A stretch of DNA of 64,000 nucleotides from Balanoglossus misakiensis. Lineage: Eukaryota; Animalia; Hemichordata. The position numbers and the translations under genes were made by a program. Each line of letters opens with the position of its first letter. Position 1 is the stretch's first letter. Shown one piece after another: positions 28,153 to 39,703 of the stretch. Where the stretch lies: NCBI GenBank assembly GCA_040954595.2, contig CM082588.2:8540844-8604843 (forward strand), read 5' to 3'. The notes below the pieces were generated by a model. It was not told where the DNA came from and did not search any database. It saw only the letters and a list, made by a program, of their open reading frames with translations.

Positions 28153-28885
28153 ACATGGCCGACGTTCTTACCGGAAATCGAGGTTCTTACGTTTTACAGC
28201 CTAAAAGTAAAAAAAAACCTCGAGGTTCTAGCTTACAAAGTCTTATTTTAAGTCTATGCGATGATAATTTGTCATTATTAATTAACAATTATCTTAATTA
28301 TCTCTCCAATATCATCAAGGTTCTTAAATACGAATTTTCATACGTGGCCGAGGTTCTTACCAAAAATCGAGATTCTTACGTTTTACAGCCTAAAAAGTCA
28401 AAAATACTCGAGGTTCTAGCTTCCAAAGTCTTCTTTGTAGTCCATGCGATGATAAGTGTTCATAATTAATCAACAATCATCATAATTTATCGATCCCATA
28501 TTATCAAGGTTCTTAAATAGGAATTTATACACATGGCCGAGGTTCTTACCGAAAATCGAGGTTCGTACGAGTCACAGCTTTAAAAGTCAAAATACTCGAG
28601 GTTCTAACTTACGAAGTCATATTTTTAGTCGATGCGATAATAATTTCTCATTATTCATTAACAATTTTCGTAATCTATCTCTCCGATATCATCAAGGTTC
28701 TTAAATACGAATTTTCATACGTGGCCGAGGTTCTTACCAAAAATCGAGATTCTTACGTTTTACAGCCTAAAAAGTCAAAACTACTCGAGGTTCTAGCTTA
28801 CAAAGACATAGTTTTTGTCGATGCGATGATAATTTCTCATTATTATTTAACAATTATCGTAATTATCTTACGTTTTACAGCCTAC
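28153..28885 (+). repeat. ~189-bp tandem satellite, ~3.8 units
   Basis: Unit starts (A/G)TGGCCGA(C/G)GTTCTTACC at 28155, 28344, 28533 and 28721. Confidence 0.85.
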
Positions 28886-29702
28886 AATGTCAAAACAATT
28901 AAAGGTGTAATCCCAATAGGTCACTCCCCACCAAAGAAAAAACACCAGCATCATGGTTTCCCGGAAAGTCTGAGTCGCTCTTGGACTCCGACTCACACTT
29001 CCAAAACGAAGGGGGAACATGGTCGTTCGGAAAAGCGTATTATCATATGCCTTATGGAACGATAATCTACAAGAAACTAATAAAATACACATTCTGTAAT
29101 ATTTTGGAATGTAAATATTACGTGTTTATCTATCGTTTTGAAATGATCTATCCCGTAGCATAGAGGCGCATTCCTCCAGTTCTTGCGGATTGATATGCAC
29201 GATGTCATTTGTTTATATTCTATTGCACGTGAGATATAGACGCGCTCGAACTCACAGAGCCGAGCGCGAGCAAAACATTTTTTCTTCGCGACGATCGACG
29301 CCGACAGTCACACATTAATCAGATCAAATCATCAATTTGACTATTCATATTTCCAAATAATGCTCTACTACATGCAGCGATTACGGGAGATGATAGGATT
29401 CGGTAGCGGCATAGGACATACACACACTGCAAGTGCACTAGTCACTCCGCACCAGAAAAAAATAATTCAGAACGTAGCAACGACAACTTTCGAATCTCGC
29501 GCAATAAACACAAAACTAGATCCGGATATTGAACGCGTCTTCCAAATATGGTCACCGGGCCGGGGCGTGATAAGCAAAAAACTGCACGGATGTGAGGGCG
29601 CTTTTCCCCATAGATTTTACATGGGCACGTGAATATAGGCATATGATAAAACCTTTACGGCCCTGATACGTATGGCAAGCCTCAGGGGTCTTAAGTATAG
29701 CA

Positions 29703-30367
29703 ATAGTAGTATTTAATGTTGAAGTAGTACGATTATATTTTGATTCGTTAATATATTATAAATAAATAGTAGTATTTAATGTTGAAGTAGTACGATTATA
29801 TTTTGATTCGTTAATATATTATAAATAAATAGTAGTATTTAATGTTGAAGTAGTACGATTATATTTTGATTCGTTAATATATTATAAATAAATAGTAGTA
29901 TTTAATGTTGAAGTAGTACGATTATATTTTGATTCGTTAATATATTATAAATAAATAGTAGTATTTAATGTTGAAGTAGTACGATTATATTTTGAGTCGT
30001 TAATATATTATAAATAAATAGTAGTATTTAATGTTGAAGTAGTACGATTATATTTTGATTCGTTAATATATTATAAATAAATAGTAGTATTTAATGTTAA
30101 AGTAGTACGATTATATTTTGATTCGTTAATATATTATAAATAAATAGTAGTATTTTATGTTGAAGTAGTACGATTATATTTTGAGTCGTTAATATATTAT
30201 AAATAAATAGTAGTATTTAATGTTGAAGTAGTACGATTATATTTTGATTCGTTAATATATTATAAATAAATAGTAGTATATAATGTTGAAGTAGTACGAT
30301 TATATTTTGATTCGTTAATATATTATAAATAAATAGTAGTATTTAATGTTGAAGTAGTACGATTATA
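29703..30367 (+). repeat. 63-bp AT-rich tandem array, 10 full units + 35-bp partial (left arm)
   Basis: Unit atagtagtatttaatgttgaagtagtacgattatattttgattcgttaatatattataaataa. Confidence 0.95.
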
Positions 30368-30487
30368 TGACACTTTGCAAGTATTATTATTATTTACTTG
30401 TTTACTACCTCACTAGAGGGCGCACAATTTTATTGTCGGCCATTTTCTGTTTGTGTTGCGCGTCTCTGGCAGTCGCAGTCGAAAGAG

Positions 30488-30682
30488 ATGGATATCGAGG
30501 CAATATTGCACGAAATAAATTTGGCAACGTTGGTAGAGAGGTTCAAATATGAGCGGATTGAAGCTCCCACCGTTCTTTCCATGACGGAAGGGGAAATAAA
30601 GAGATTGGGAGTTACAAGAGCAGGTGATCGAGTGCGACTCCGAGACCTTTGCAAGGAAGCAACTCAGCCGTCACCGACCTAG
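30488..30682 (+). CDS. 64-aa SAM-domain-like mini-ORF in the left arm (possibly a truncated transposon ORF)
   Basis: MDIEAILHEINLATLVERFKYERIEAPTVLSMTEGEIKRLGVTRAGDRVRLRDLC fits the SAM pattern L..L...F..E.I....L..MT...L..LGV...G.R. Confidence 0.5.
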   Translation: MDIEAILHEINLATLVERFKYERIEAPTVLSMTEGEIKRLGVTRAGDRVRLRDLCKEATQPSPT

Positions 30683-30854
30683 CTCTGCGTACAGGTCTGT
30701 GTGTTCCCGGCGTTACACAGCCTCCACCACAGCCCTGCAAGGCGCCATAGAAAAAACTGGTGCTTCTGCGGTCCGGATCCGGACTGCAGCTTTTTCGGCC
30801 GAAATTCGATTTTATCGAAGCAAACTCCTTTCCCTGTCTACTTCTGCCCCCTAA

Positions 30855-31796
30855 GGGACCGTTCAGTTTTTACGGCAGGGGGGGGGGGGCGGCAAGTTTG
30901 TGTCATCGGTTCTCAAAATCAGGCCGACCCCCCTTCACCCAGGACCAAAAAATGATGCCCCCCCCCCTTGACAGACCCAAAAATATGATGACCCCCCCCC
31001 ACGCCCAAAACATTCGCCGTCCTGATCCTATGTACACTGTATGCAATAAAGGGAATGAGGCTCCTCACACCTCAATTATAAATTTCTTAAAGTATTATTG
31101 AAGTATATAATAGTATATCATTGCAATAAAGAAATCTATGAACAAATTAAAATGACAAGTCAATACAATAGTTGCAGGAATCGGTAAAACAAGAAAAGTG
31201 ACGGGGGTCGGTGTGGGAGGGGGACAATCCCTCCCACATAAGAAAATTTTGTAAAATATGTAGCGTAAAGTTGCATTTTAATGAAGTCAAAAGCAAATTA
31301 TCTCAATGTTTGGGAGGACCAATTTTACTTTTTGCCACTCCACTCAAAGTTAGAAGATTTGGCGTCATCTTCGCCATGACATCATTTAAAACTTCTAGTA
31401 TATAGAAGATGCAGCGCGAAACTATCAGTTATGCAAAATGGTTTAAGCAATTATTATCCTTTATGTATCCACTTTGTTAAATTTTATCATCGGTGGGTTT
31501 TGGGGTGGCAAGCAGTCTGCCCTGGTTCACTAGACAACCCAGCAAAATATGACATGTGGCGGATAATGAAGGGGGTGGGTGTGGGAGGGGGTGTTTATTT
31601 GTAAAATAAAGGGTGCGAAACTGCAATTTTGTGGACTCAAAAGCAAAAGTTCGGTGGCGAAAGTATGTGACCTCCCCCCCTAAACGTTTAAAAAACCAGA
31701 TGACCCCCCCCCCCTTGTGGACTTCAAAATTCAAGTGACCCCCCCCCCCTGGATTTTGCCGCCCCCCCCCCCCGGCCGCAAAAACTGAACGGTCCC
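30855..31796. mobile_element. PIF/Harbinger-like MITE (942 bp) nested in the left arm
   Basis: TIR GGGACCGTTCAGTTTTT.CGGC; TAA TSD at 30852-30854 and 31797-31799. The right arm keeps the empty site (32001-32010). Confidence 0.85.
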
Positions 31797-32173
31797 TAAC
31801 CGACTCCAAATATGATGCGATTAACTTGTCCTAACGTCCGAACCACTCGCGTTTGATTCATTTTTGTGTGTTTACATGTTGAGATCGCCATATTAAATAT
31901 AAAGCTTACAGCGAGTTTATCTCCATGGGTAAACAAAAAAGTTTTAGAAAGCGAGCGGTTCGGACGTTAGGACAAGTTAATCGCATCATATTTGGAGTCG
32001 GTTAGGGGGCAGAAGTAGACAGGGAAAGGATTTTGCTTCGATAAAATCGAATTTCGGCCGAAAAAGCTGCAGTCCGGATCCGGACCGCAGAAGCACAAGT
32101 TTTTTCTATGGCGCCTTGCAGGGCTGTGGTGGAGGCTGTGTAACGCCGGGAACACACAGACCTGTACGCAGAG

Positions 32174-32368
32174 CTAGGCCGGTGACGGCTGAGTTGCTTC
32201 CTTGCAAAGGTCTCGGAGTCGCACTCGATCACCTGCTCTTGTAACTCCCAATCTCTTTATTTCCCCTTCCGTCATGGAAAGAACGGTGGGAGCTTCAATC
32301 CGCTCATATTTGAACCTCTCTACCAACGTTGCCAAATTTATTTCGTGCAATATTGCCTCGATATCCAT
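32174..32368 (-). CDS. Mirror copy of the SAM-like mini-ORF in the right arm
   Basis: Identical to 30488-30682 except the last residue (T>A). Confidence 0.5.
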   Translation of the reverse strand: MDIEAILHEINLATLVERFKYERIEAPTVLSMTEGEIKRLGVTRAGDRVRLRDLCKEATQPSPA

Positions 32369-32488
32369 CTCTTTCGACTGCGACTGCCAGAGACGCGCAA
32401 AACAAACAGAAAATGGCCGACAATAAAATTGTGCGCCCTCTAGTGAGGTAGTAAACAAGTAAATAATAATAATACTTGCAAAGTGTCA

Positions 32489-33342
32489 TATAATCGTACT
32501 ACTTCAACATTAAATACTACTATTTATTTATAATATATTAACGAATCAAAATATAATCGTACTACTTCAACATTATATACTACTATTTATTTATAATATA
32601 TTAACGAATCAAAATATAATCGTACTACTTCAACATTAAATACTACTATTTATTTATAATATATTAACGAATCAAAATATAATCGTACTACTTCAACATT
32701 AAATACTACTATTTATTTATAATATATTAACGAATCAAAATATAATCGTACTACTTCAACATTAAATACTACTATTTATTTATAATATATTAACGAATCA
32801 AAATATAATCGTACTACTTCAACATTATATACTACTATTTATTTATAATATATTAACGAATCAAAATATAATCGTACCACTTCAACATTAAATACTACTA
32901 TTTATTTATAATATATTAACGAATCAAAATATAATCGTACCACTTCAACATTAAATACTACTATTTATTTATAATATATTAACGAATCAAAATATAATCG
33001 TACTACTTCAACATTAAATACTACTATTTATTTATAATATATTAACGAATCAAAATATAATCGTACTACTTCAACATTAAATACTACTATTTATTTATAA
33101 TATATTAACGAATCAAAATATAATCGTACCACTTCAACATTAAATACTACTATTTATTTATAATATATTAACGAATCAAAATATAATCGTACCACTTCAA
33201 CATTAAATACTACTATTTATTTATAATATATTAACGAATCAAAATATAATCGTACCACTTCAACATTAAATACTACTATTTATTTATAATATATTAACGA
33301 ATCAAAATATAATCGTACTACTTCAACATTAAATACTACTAT
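32489..33342 (-). repeat. 63-bp tandem array, 13 full units + 35-bp partial (right arm, inverted)
   Basis: Reverse complement of the 29703-30367 unit. Confidence 0.95.
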
Positions 33343-33943
33343 TGCTATACTTAAGACCCCTGAGGCTTGCCATAGATACGGGTTTTGCGGCCCTCGGTCG
33401 TACGGCGATTCGCGCCCTCCCTGCGGTCGGGCGCTTCCGCCGTACGACCTCGGGCCGCAAAACCCGTATCAGGGCCGTAAAGATTAGATTCCACGAGATA
33501 ATATACTTGTGCTGGGTTGGCTACGTAGCCACTCCATAACAGTCGACATTAAAATTTGTAGGAACGCACAGCACTGTCGGGGCCAAAAGGACTGAGAAAA
33601 AAAAACAAATCATGTTGTAGTCGATGCTTAGAAACCAGTATGTGAGGTTTGCAAACGTTTCATAATTGAGAAGGGTATTCATGAGATATTCGATACATGT
33701 GTTAAATATGCGTGTTATCCATGTTCACGGACAGTAGGACAGGGTCGTGATGAGAAGGCAGCGGTCTGGTCAAGTGATGTCCCCTGGCAAGATCACGTGA
33801 TTGTACATGTATATGCACATTGGAGGCACGTAATGACAAAAGAAATCTGAAATTTTTCAGTCTGTTGTTTATTTGGACCAAATTTGTCAACTTACTTCAA
33901 TTATCTAGCTACAAAGGATGAAACATTCACAGTTAAACTTTAA

Positions 33944-34280
33944 AGGGAAGAAGTCTCTGTCGCTGCCCTTTTTCCATTAATTATGTTTGATACAAGACAC
34001 CGTTATTCTACATGTGGATATATAGTGAATCAATGTTCAACCACACAGAACTTCCATCCAACTTGTAGACATGAAAGTGAAAAACTCGCCAAAATGAATA
34101 ATCAGTGTTTACCATTTATTCATATTGGCGAAATTTTAACTCTCATATCGTACAAACGGGATGGAAGTCGTGTGTGGTTGAAAGTTCATTCACTATATAT
34201 CCACATGTAGAATAAAATTAAGTGTCTGCTATCAAACATAATTAATGGAAAAAGGGCAGTGAGAGAGAAACTTTGTCCCT
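33944..34280. mobile_element. Kolobok-like MITE family B (TIR ~AGGGACAAAGTCTCTCTCTCGCTGCCC), complete copy
   Basis: ttaa|aggg...ccct|ttaa with long imperfect inverted halves. Other copies at 14009-14180, 41987-42160, 48991-49314, 51510-51770, 58773-58939 and 63182-63490. Confidence 0.75.
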
Positions 34281-34296
34281 TTAACTGTTATGCTAG

Positions 34297-35951
34297 TTAT
34301 TGTTTTTTGAGTCCCTTTGCTCGCCAAGCTGACAGCAACTTATTTGCATGATGTAAACCGAGTCCATACAACACTAAACAAGTTCCAAAGATGATAAACA
34401 TCACAACAGACACTGGCAGGCCAAACAATCTCGTTGGTGTTGTCTTGGTTTGGATGTAATTGTAGACATCCGGATAGTGGTACACGGCTCCCCAGATGAC
34501 TCCGCCCACTCCGAAGACGATTGTACCAATGGCATAGATAGTCAAATAAGCCTGCTTGTTCTTGGCTAACGACATTATTCCGAATACAGAAGGAATGATG
34601 TTACAACACCAAAATATTTCCCAGGGGTGGAGAATGATGTTGTTGTTGTTGTTTGAGGGTCCCTGGATGAGCTGCAGTTTAGTTGTTACTGCTTTGACCA
34701 GAATTGTAGAACACAGCAACACAGACATAATGATGTAGTTCTTAATCCTCGTCTTGTACTGTGCACTGCGGATACAAAAAGGAGAATCAGTTTGGGAATG
34801 TGGAAAAAAGACAAAAAACAGTTTTGCAAAAAAGTGCGTATTACTGTAAAACAGGTTATTTTCACGAGAAATAAATTTTTGTAAAATACGCGAGAGCCAA
34901 AATAGCGTGAAAATAAAAAGTCGCGTAAATTTTTTTGGAGAGTGCAGTGAATCAGAGAATAAGAGAAAGCAAAAATTAATACTCGCGTTGCCTCTTTTCA
35001 TATCGCGAACATTTCCTGTCACGAAAATAACCTGCTTTACAGTATACGCATAAGAAATTTTTCATACGTGTTTTTCTGATGGCAATGCATTTGACTGTAT
35101 ACAAATATGGGAGTCCGTTAGTGGTGCCTTCGAGACTGTACCACTGGTGTGAAGCTTACAGGGTGTCGTCATCTTAGAATAAATCTATTTTGTCCCGTGT
35201 CGGCCATCTTTGCCTGGAGATTTTTCTGTGGGTTCCTAGTCTCGGTTACCCAGACCCCCCCCCCCCCCCTGCTTCTTCAGTTGGGCGACGGAAGAAGCAG
35301 GGGGGTCTGGGTAACCAAGACTATGGGCAGCCAGAAAAGAGCCCACAAGTGCAGTCAGGGAGAACCAAAACTAGGATTTCACTGACCGGACATTCTTGCA
35401 CCCAAACACAGGTTTCTGAAGAGAATTTGGGGCAGAAACAAAGGTAACCTTTCAAAATTGCCGCCTCTAGGATCTCATGCAGCGGATGGGTATGTGCTTT
35501 ACCAGTTCCTGGGTCCTTAGCAACTCCCCCACCCCTTCCCCAAAACATAACGGCTGGTGAGTGGTCTAGTAGGGTGAGGTGGATTTGTATACAAGGCCGG
35601 GCACTGGAGTAATATGCGAAAGCAGTGTAATAAATCTACAAATCCATTTCAGGTGGCATCACAGGGCTTTTTGCTGATTGACAAAACGCTGTTGATCGGA
35701 TGGATAGTCGTGCAATGAACGGACGTTCTTGCACGACTGATTACTCCAGAACCTGTGTGTACAACGTTGAAAACTCAAAAACATGCATGCAGGCAATAAT
35801 GCAGGTCCGACAGTGGGACCACATAGACCAGCTCCATATGTAAACACAACCAATACACACACCTTATTCTGTAATGAGACGCAACTCGCTCTCTGTGCTG
35901 GAAATCACTTCCATCTGTTCCAGATGCTCGAGGACCTTCTCGCGAAGACAT
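34297..35951 (-). CDS. JAGN1: Protein jagunal homolog 1
   Basis: Exon 1 35863-35951 encodes [27 protein letters not shown] (JAGN1 signature). A phase-2 intron follows. Exon 2 34297-34765 has TM segments, LFG.PVSV, KLLSAW and a C-terminal KKQ ER-retrieval-like tail. Confidence 0.93.
34844..35042. mobile_element. TA-flanked Tc1/mariner-like MITE in the JAGN1 intron
   Basis: ta|ctgtaaaacaggttatttt ... aaaataacctgctttacag|ta. Relatives at ~54475-54647 and 55325-55512. Confidence 0.7.
35237..35323. repeat. Short hairpin MITE-like element
   Basis: tagtctcggttacccagaccccc...ggggtctgggtaaccaagacta. Confidence 0.7.
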
Positions 35952-38550
35952 TTTCCTGACATCCGAGCAGCTGGTCCGTTTCTCCAGAACCACGTTTACG
36001 GACACGGACGTACAAGGCTCTACCAACGTGACCTTTAACCTCGGTTGTCTGTTTATAAGTTGGTTTCTCCAATGCGAAGCCGACCATGCACATATCCCGC
36101 CGCTGGCGGCGTGAGTGTAGCGTCAGCAGCAGCATTATATTATCGCTCAGATTTCATTAATAAAATGTGACATTTCTTGTATATAGATCGCAGTTATGTG
36201 CAGAAAAAACTCCTCCACTATATTATATTATGACTGATGCTTCTTGCGATACATATTTTGTATCCTTTGAAGCACAATGTAGGCCCTACAAAAGATATGA
36301 ACACACCACAACCATTTTGAATTTTCAGTCAAATTTGAGACAATTTCGCCCTCTTCGCGGTGACGCCTGATTTTTTTGCGATTTTAAGAGAGACTAATCT
36401 AAAGTGGCGTAGAGCGAAATATGAGAAATGTCAAAAACGTTTATTTTCGGCGCGCAGCACCACGCCGAAACCAAAAAAGCTCGTAAAATCACTCTTTCGT
36501 TCTATGAAAGCAGGATTGGAAAGTTTGAGCTTCACGATCACCGAAGCAGGTTGTACACGTGGTGTAATGGCATATGTCTTGTTTTCATGTGATTTATGAA
36601 ATACCAAGTGTGTCTTTGATGAGTTTCTTGGAATGAGCTTAAACTTGAAGTCAGCATGGGTAACCCCGCGCGGCACTGTCTTGTAGCCTACCGGAAAAAT
36701 GTCTGCGCAAGCTAGCCTTGGCGATGGCAGAGAATGAGATCGTCTTTTCTACCGTCTTTGTTCTTGAGATCGGAGAGGGCCAAGTTTTCGCAACACCCTT
36801 CGTGTACAGGCGAGAATTGGTTACTCATCTTTTCCCCATTAGCCTCGCTTTGAGTTCAGATTCATGATGGCTGTGTGAGGGCGCCAGCCTTATGAAAAGA
36901 GTGTACATTGTGTACATGTATATTGTTCGGAGGTAAAAAAAAAAAGAAAGAATCGAACGTAGCGAGAGAAATTCCCTTGAGATTACATGTACTTTTATTA
37001 GTTACACCGCCACACTTCTTAAATATTACAGGATTTTTTAAATGCTTAAATATGACAGTGGCATCCAGTAAATGGTTGAAACTACTTAGATTCTTTCAGT
37101 CCCTCAATCCAAGTCGCTGTACATCTTACAGTGCATTGTTGGTGCATGGCTTATTGTGAACAATCCACGCACAGCTCTATCTGGGGTGTAATTCTTTTCT
37201 TCGTTTAATTCCAGAACGGGCCAAATATCTATGAAAAACTACAAATAAAATGGTGAAAGTGTTTCATCAGAACGATGAAATGGTTGAATGTGTGTCTAAA
37301 TGTTTTTGTCACTATTGTAAATATTAAGTTGATAAACAGGTCGCTGGCTCTTTCAACAAGTTCCAGAAAGAAACACAAGAGTATACGTATAGTTGACACC
37401 AATATACAGGAACAAAAATAAAAACAAAGTAAATCCACCAAAAGTTTCCTGCAGATGCATTCTAAGGAACAAAACAGACGGTTTCTGTCCTACCTGGTGT
37501 TTACAATTGAAATGTACAACCGCTTATAATTTACGCTCCACACAGAGGAAAGTGCGTGTGAAGTACACTTAGACGTGGAAGCACGCTTTTACATGTAAAC
37601 CACGCGAGTAAGAAGTCGATCAAAGCCGACACAAGTCTGACGATGAATCAAGGAGCAAATAAATATACCACGCTTTTGTTCATTTATAAGCGTTTGGGTC
37701 AGAGAATAAGCTTGTGATGCTTGGGTCAAACGATCCCAATGTGAATAGGAAAGAAATAATTACAGATGAAAATATGTGGGGTCCCAAGCAGTTAACTACC
37801 ACATCTCTTATATATACAATTTCACATAAATAAAACAAAAAATAACCCCTTTCCAACTAGTAATGTCTAGAAAGAATTTAAAACCTCAGTAACTTACTAT
37901 TGACTTTTGTTTTTCGGTATTTTCTGCTATGTATCAACTGTGGTTTCTTGTTCGAGTCTAAATAGCTTCATGAAATGCCCGGTCTTTCGTTTTTCATCAA
38001 CATCTGTACATGAGTAAATGGACATTGGTGTTGTTGCGCGCTGAGTCTCTTGATTGGGGCCGTCGACGTCGTTGTGTGGGACTCGCTGGCAACGTGGGTA
38101 AAATCAGTATTGACTCAGTGCGCAAGCGCGGCGCGACGACGGGTTCGCTTTAAATTCATTTTACACAGTAATAATAACAATACCGATTTATGTGTTGAAA
38201 AACAAATACTTCGAGCAATGATTTAAGTTTCACAGAGTGGAACAAGAGCCCAGGGTTGATACACAATAATGCTTAGAAAAGAGCCCAGAACTCAGTCTTC
38301 ATTTTATACATTTGTAGGCCTACATTATGCAGGACGACGATTTCATATTTGTAAACCATAATAATAAGTCTTAAGCTTACAACTTAAAATGATTACATCT
38401 ACTAGTACAGGCATGTAGGCATTCCAAAGAAAATTCGAGAGAAGCTGTCACGTCGGGAATATGCAATACTATACATATTGCTTGTGGTTGTGGCTTACAG
38501 TACTGAATAGACCAACATTATGCCAGAATTCATATATTGACTATGGTAAA

Positions 38551-38612
38551 TTTAAGCAATAAAACACGCCCAGCCATGGTATACCATGGCTGGGGGTGTT
38601 GTATTGCTTAAA
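38551..38612. repeat. Near-perfect 62-bp palindrome (collapsed MITE-like)
   Basis: tttaagcaataaaacacgcccagccatggta|taccatggctgggggtgttgtattgcttaaa. Confidence 0.75.
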
Positions 38613-38843
38613 ATAATTAATATCGTGCAAACGTTATACATAGCCTCAGAGGTATGTCATAGTTAGTGTAGGGGATTATTCCGTAAACTTTGCTATATAG
38701 ATAGGCACATCAATATGATTCAACCGATTTTGTCGAAAACTACTGGAAGGGATCACTTAGGCAATGCGGGTTCAACATAGTTTCAGTGGTTAGTGCCGTT
38801 TGTTCATCCAATCGTTGTATTCTTCTGTGTCGTTTGGTCTGTC

Positions 38844-39703
38844 CTACACGTTGTTCTGGCAGAAGAGCTCTACTTCAGCGTGGGTCATTGGAGGATCTAA
38901 TAAGCAGATCGCTAGAGCATCATCTCCATAACGATGTTGTAGAATATTATCCTTTTGTCTTCGACAGTAATGACATACTCCAAAACAGAGGTCTTCCAAC
39001 TCATCGTCTGTCATCTGTTTTGAAGGGACGATAGTAGCAGAAATCACCATCATAACAAGCGCTATCGTTCCGATGCCCATCTGAAAATGAAGTCATACAA
39101 TAACAAGAATTATAGTTAAACTGCATATAAATAATAATTTAAAACCCAAGTGACTGGGCTCTAACAGACACGTTCGGAAACCCTGCTATAAAAAAATATG
39201 TATCTATCAAATCAAAGGCAAGGACCCCATCAAGTTAGATTCCAGAGAGAAGTTTGGGATAGAGAAATTGAAAACACTATACCAAGACGGTTTGACTGCT
39301 GAAACACCTCTGTCTTTGTCATTTAGACTCAACACCCAACGTTATTGTATATTTTTTTCCATGTCATGTTTGTTTGTTTGTTTGTTTGTTTGTTTGGTGG
39401 GTGGGTGGGTGGGTGGTTAGTGTTGAATTGTGGGATGGTTGCTTCGTTGGCGTGCGCGCGCATGCAGTACATTTTGGCGGCACGTCATGCAATCAAGATG
39501 GCCGCTAACAAATTGGTCGTTGAGGTTCAGGAGGAACAGCTCTAAATTAACGCTGTATTTGCCTACATCTACAGTTTTATTATTTATTAAATCTGCTCAC
39601 GGGAGTACATTCAGTTCACATCTGGTCGGGATAAGGCCGACATCATATCGTCACATCGCCATTGAACTACTTTAGTTACCTTTCCATTGACAGGATTGTT
39701 CAT
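38844..39703 (-). CDS. Small secreted Cys-rich peptide precursor, eclosion-hormone-like
   Basis: Exon 39680-39703 (MNNPVNGK, AAG|GTAACT) joins in phase 0 to 38844-39080, giving hydrophobic signal GIGTIALVMMVISATIVPS then C-x3-C-x2-C...C...C. Likely 5'UTR exon at 40467-40520. Confidence 0.55.
39165..39345 (+). mobile_element. Penelope-like retroelement remnant (GIY-YIG C-terminus)
   Basis: Translates IYQIKGKDPIKLDSREKFGIEKLKTLYQDGLT, resembling the Penelope consensus L..RE.FWI..L.TL.P.GLN. Confidence 0.6.

Larger units (their letters stand above)
29671..33374. mobile_element. Palindromic (foldback) non-autonomous IS3EU-like DNA transposon, 3704 bp
   Basis: Termini TATGGCAAGCCTCAGGGGTC...GACCCCTGAGGCTTGCCATA. 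6-bp TSD GATACG at 29665-29670 and 33375-33380. Inverted arms 29671-31850 (minus the nested MITE) and 31951-33374, with a 100-bp spacer. TAY..RTA ends with a 6-bp TSD match my recollection of the Repbase IS3EU definition. Confidence 0.75.
29653..33482. repeat. GC-rich hairpin element split by the IS3EU-like insertion (left piece 29653-29670, right piece 33375-33482)
   Basis: Removing 29671-33380 restores the palindrome ctttacggccctgatacgggttttgcggccc...gggccgcaaaacccgtatcagggccgtaaag. Confidence 0.8.

Noticed and set aside
29703-33342. 63-bp arrays as a CRISPR array or coding repeat
   Set aside because: The units are contiguous with no unique spacers, the frames I translated hit stops within each unit, and the context is eukaryotic with no cas genes.
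34766-35022. N-terminal part of the 241-aa ORF
   Set aside because: It is JAGN1 intron sequence containing a MITE; the true exon 1 is 35863-35951.
37898-38025. Possible minus-strand first exon (ATG TCC ATT...|GTAAGT)
   Set aside because: In-frame TAG before the donor and no recognisable homology.
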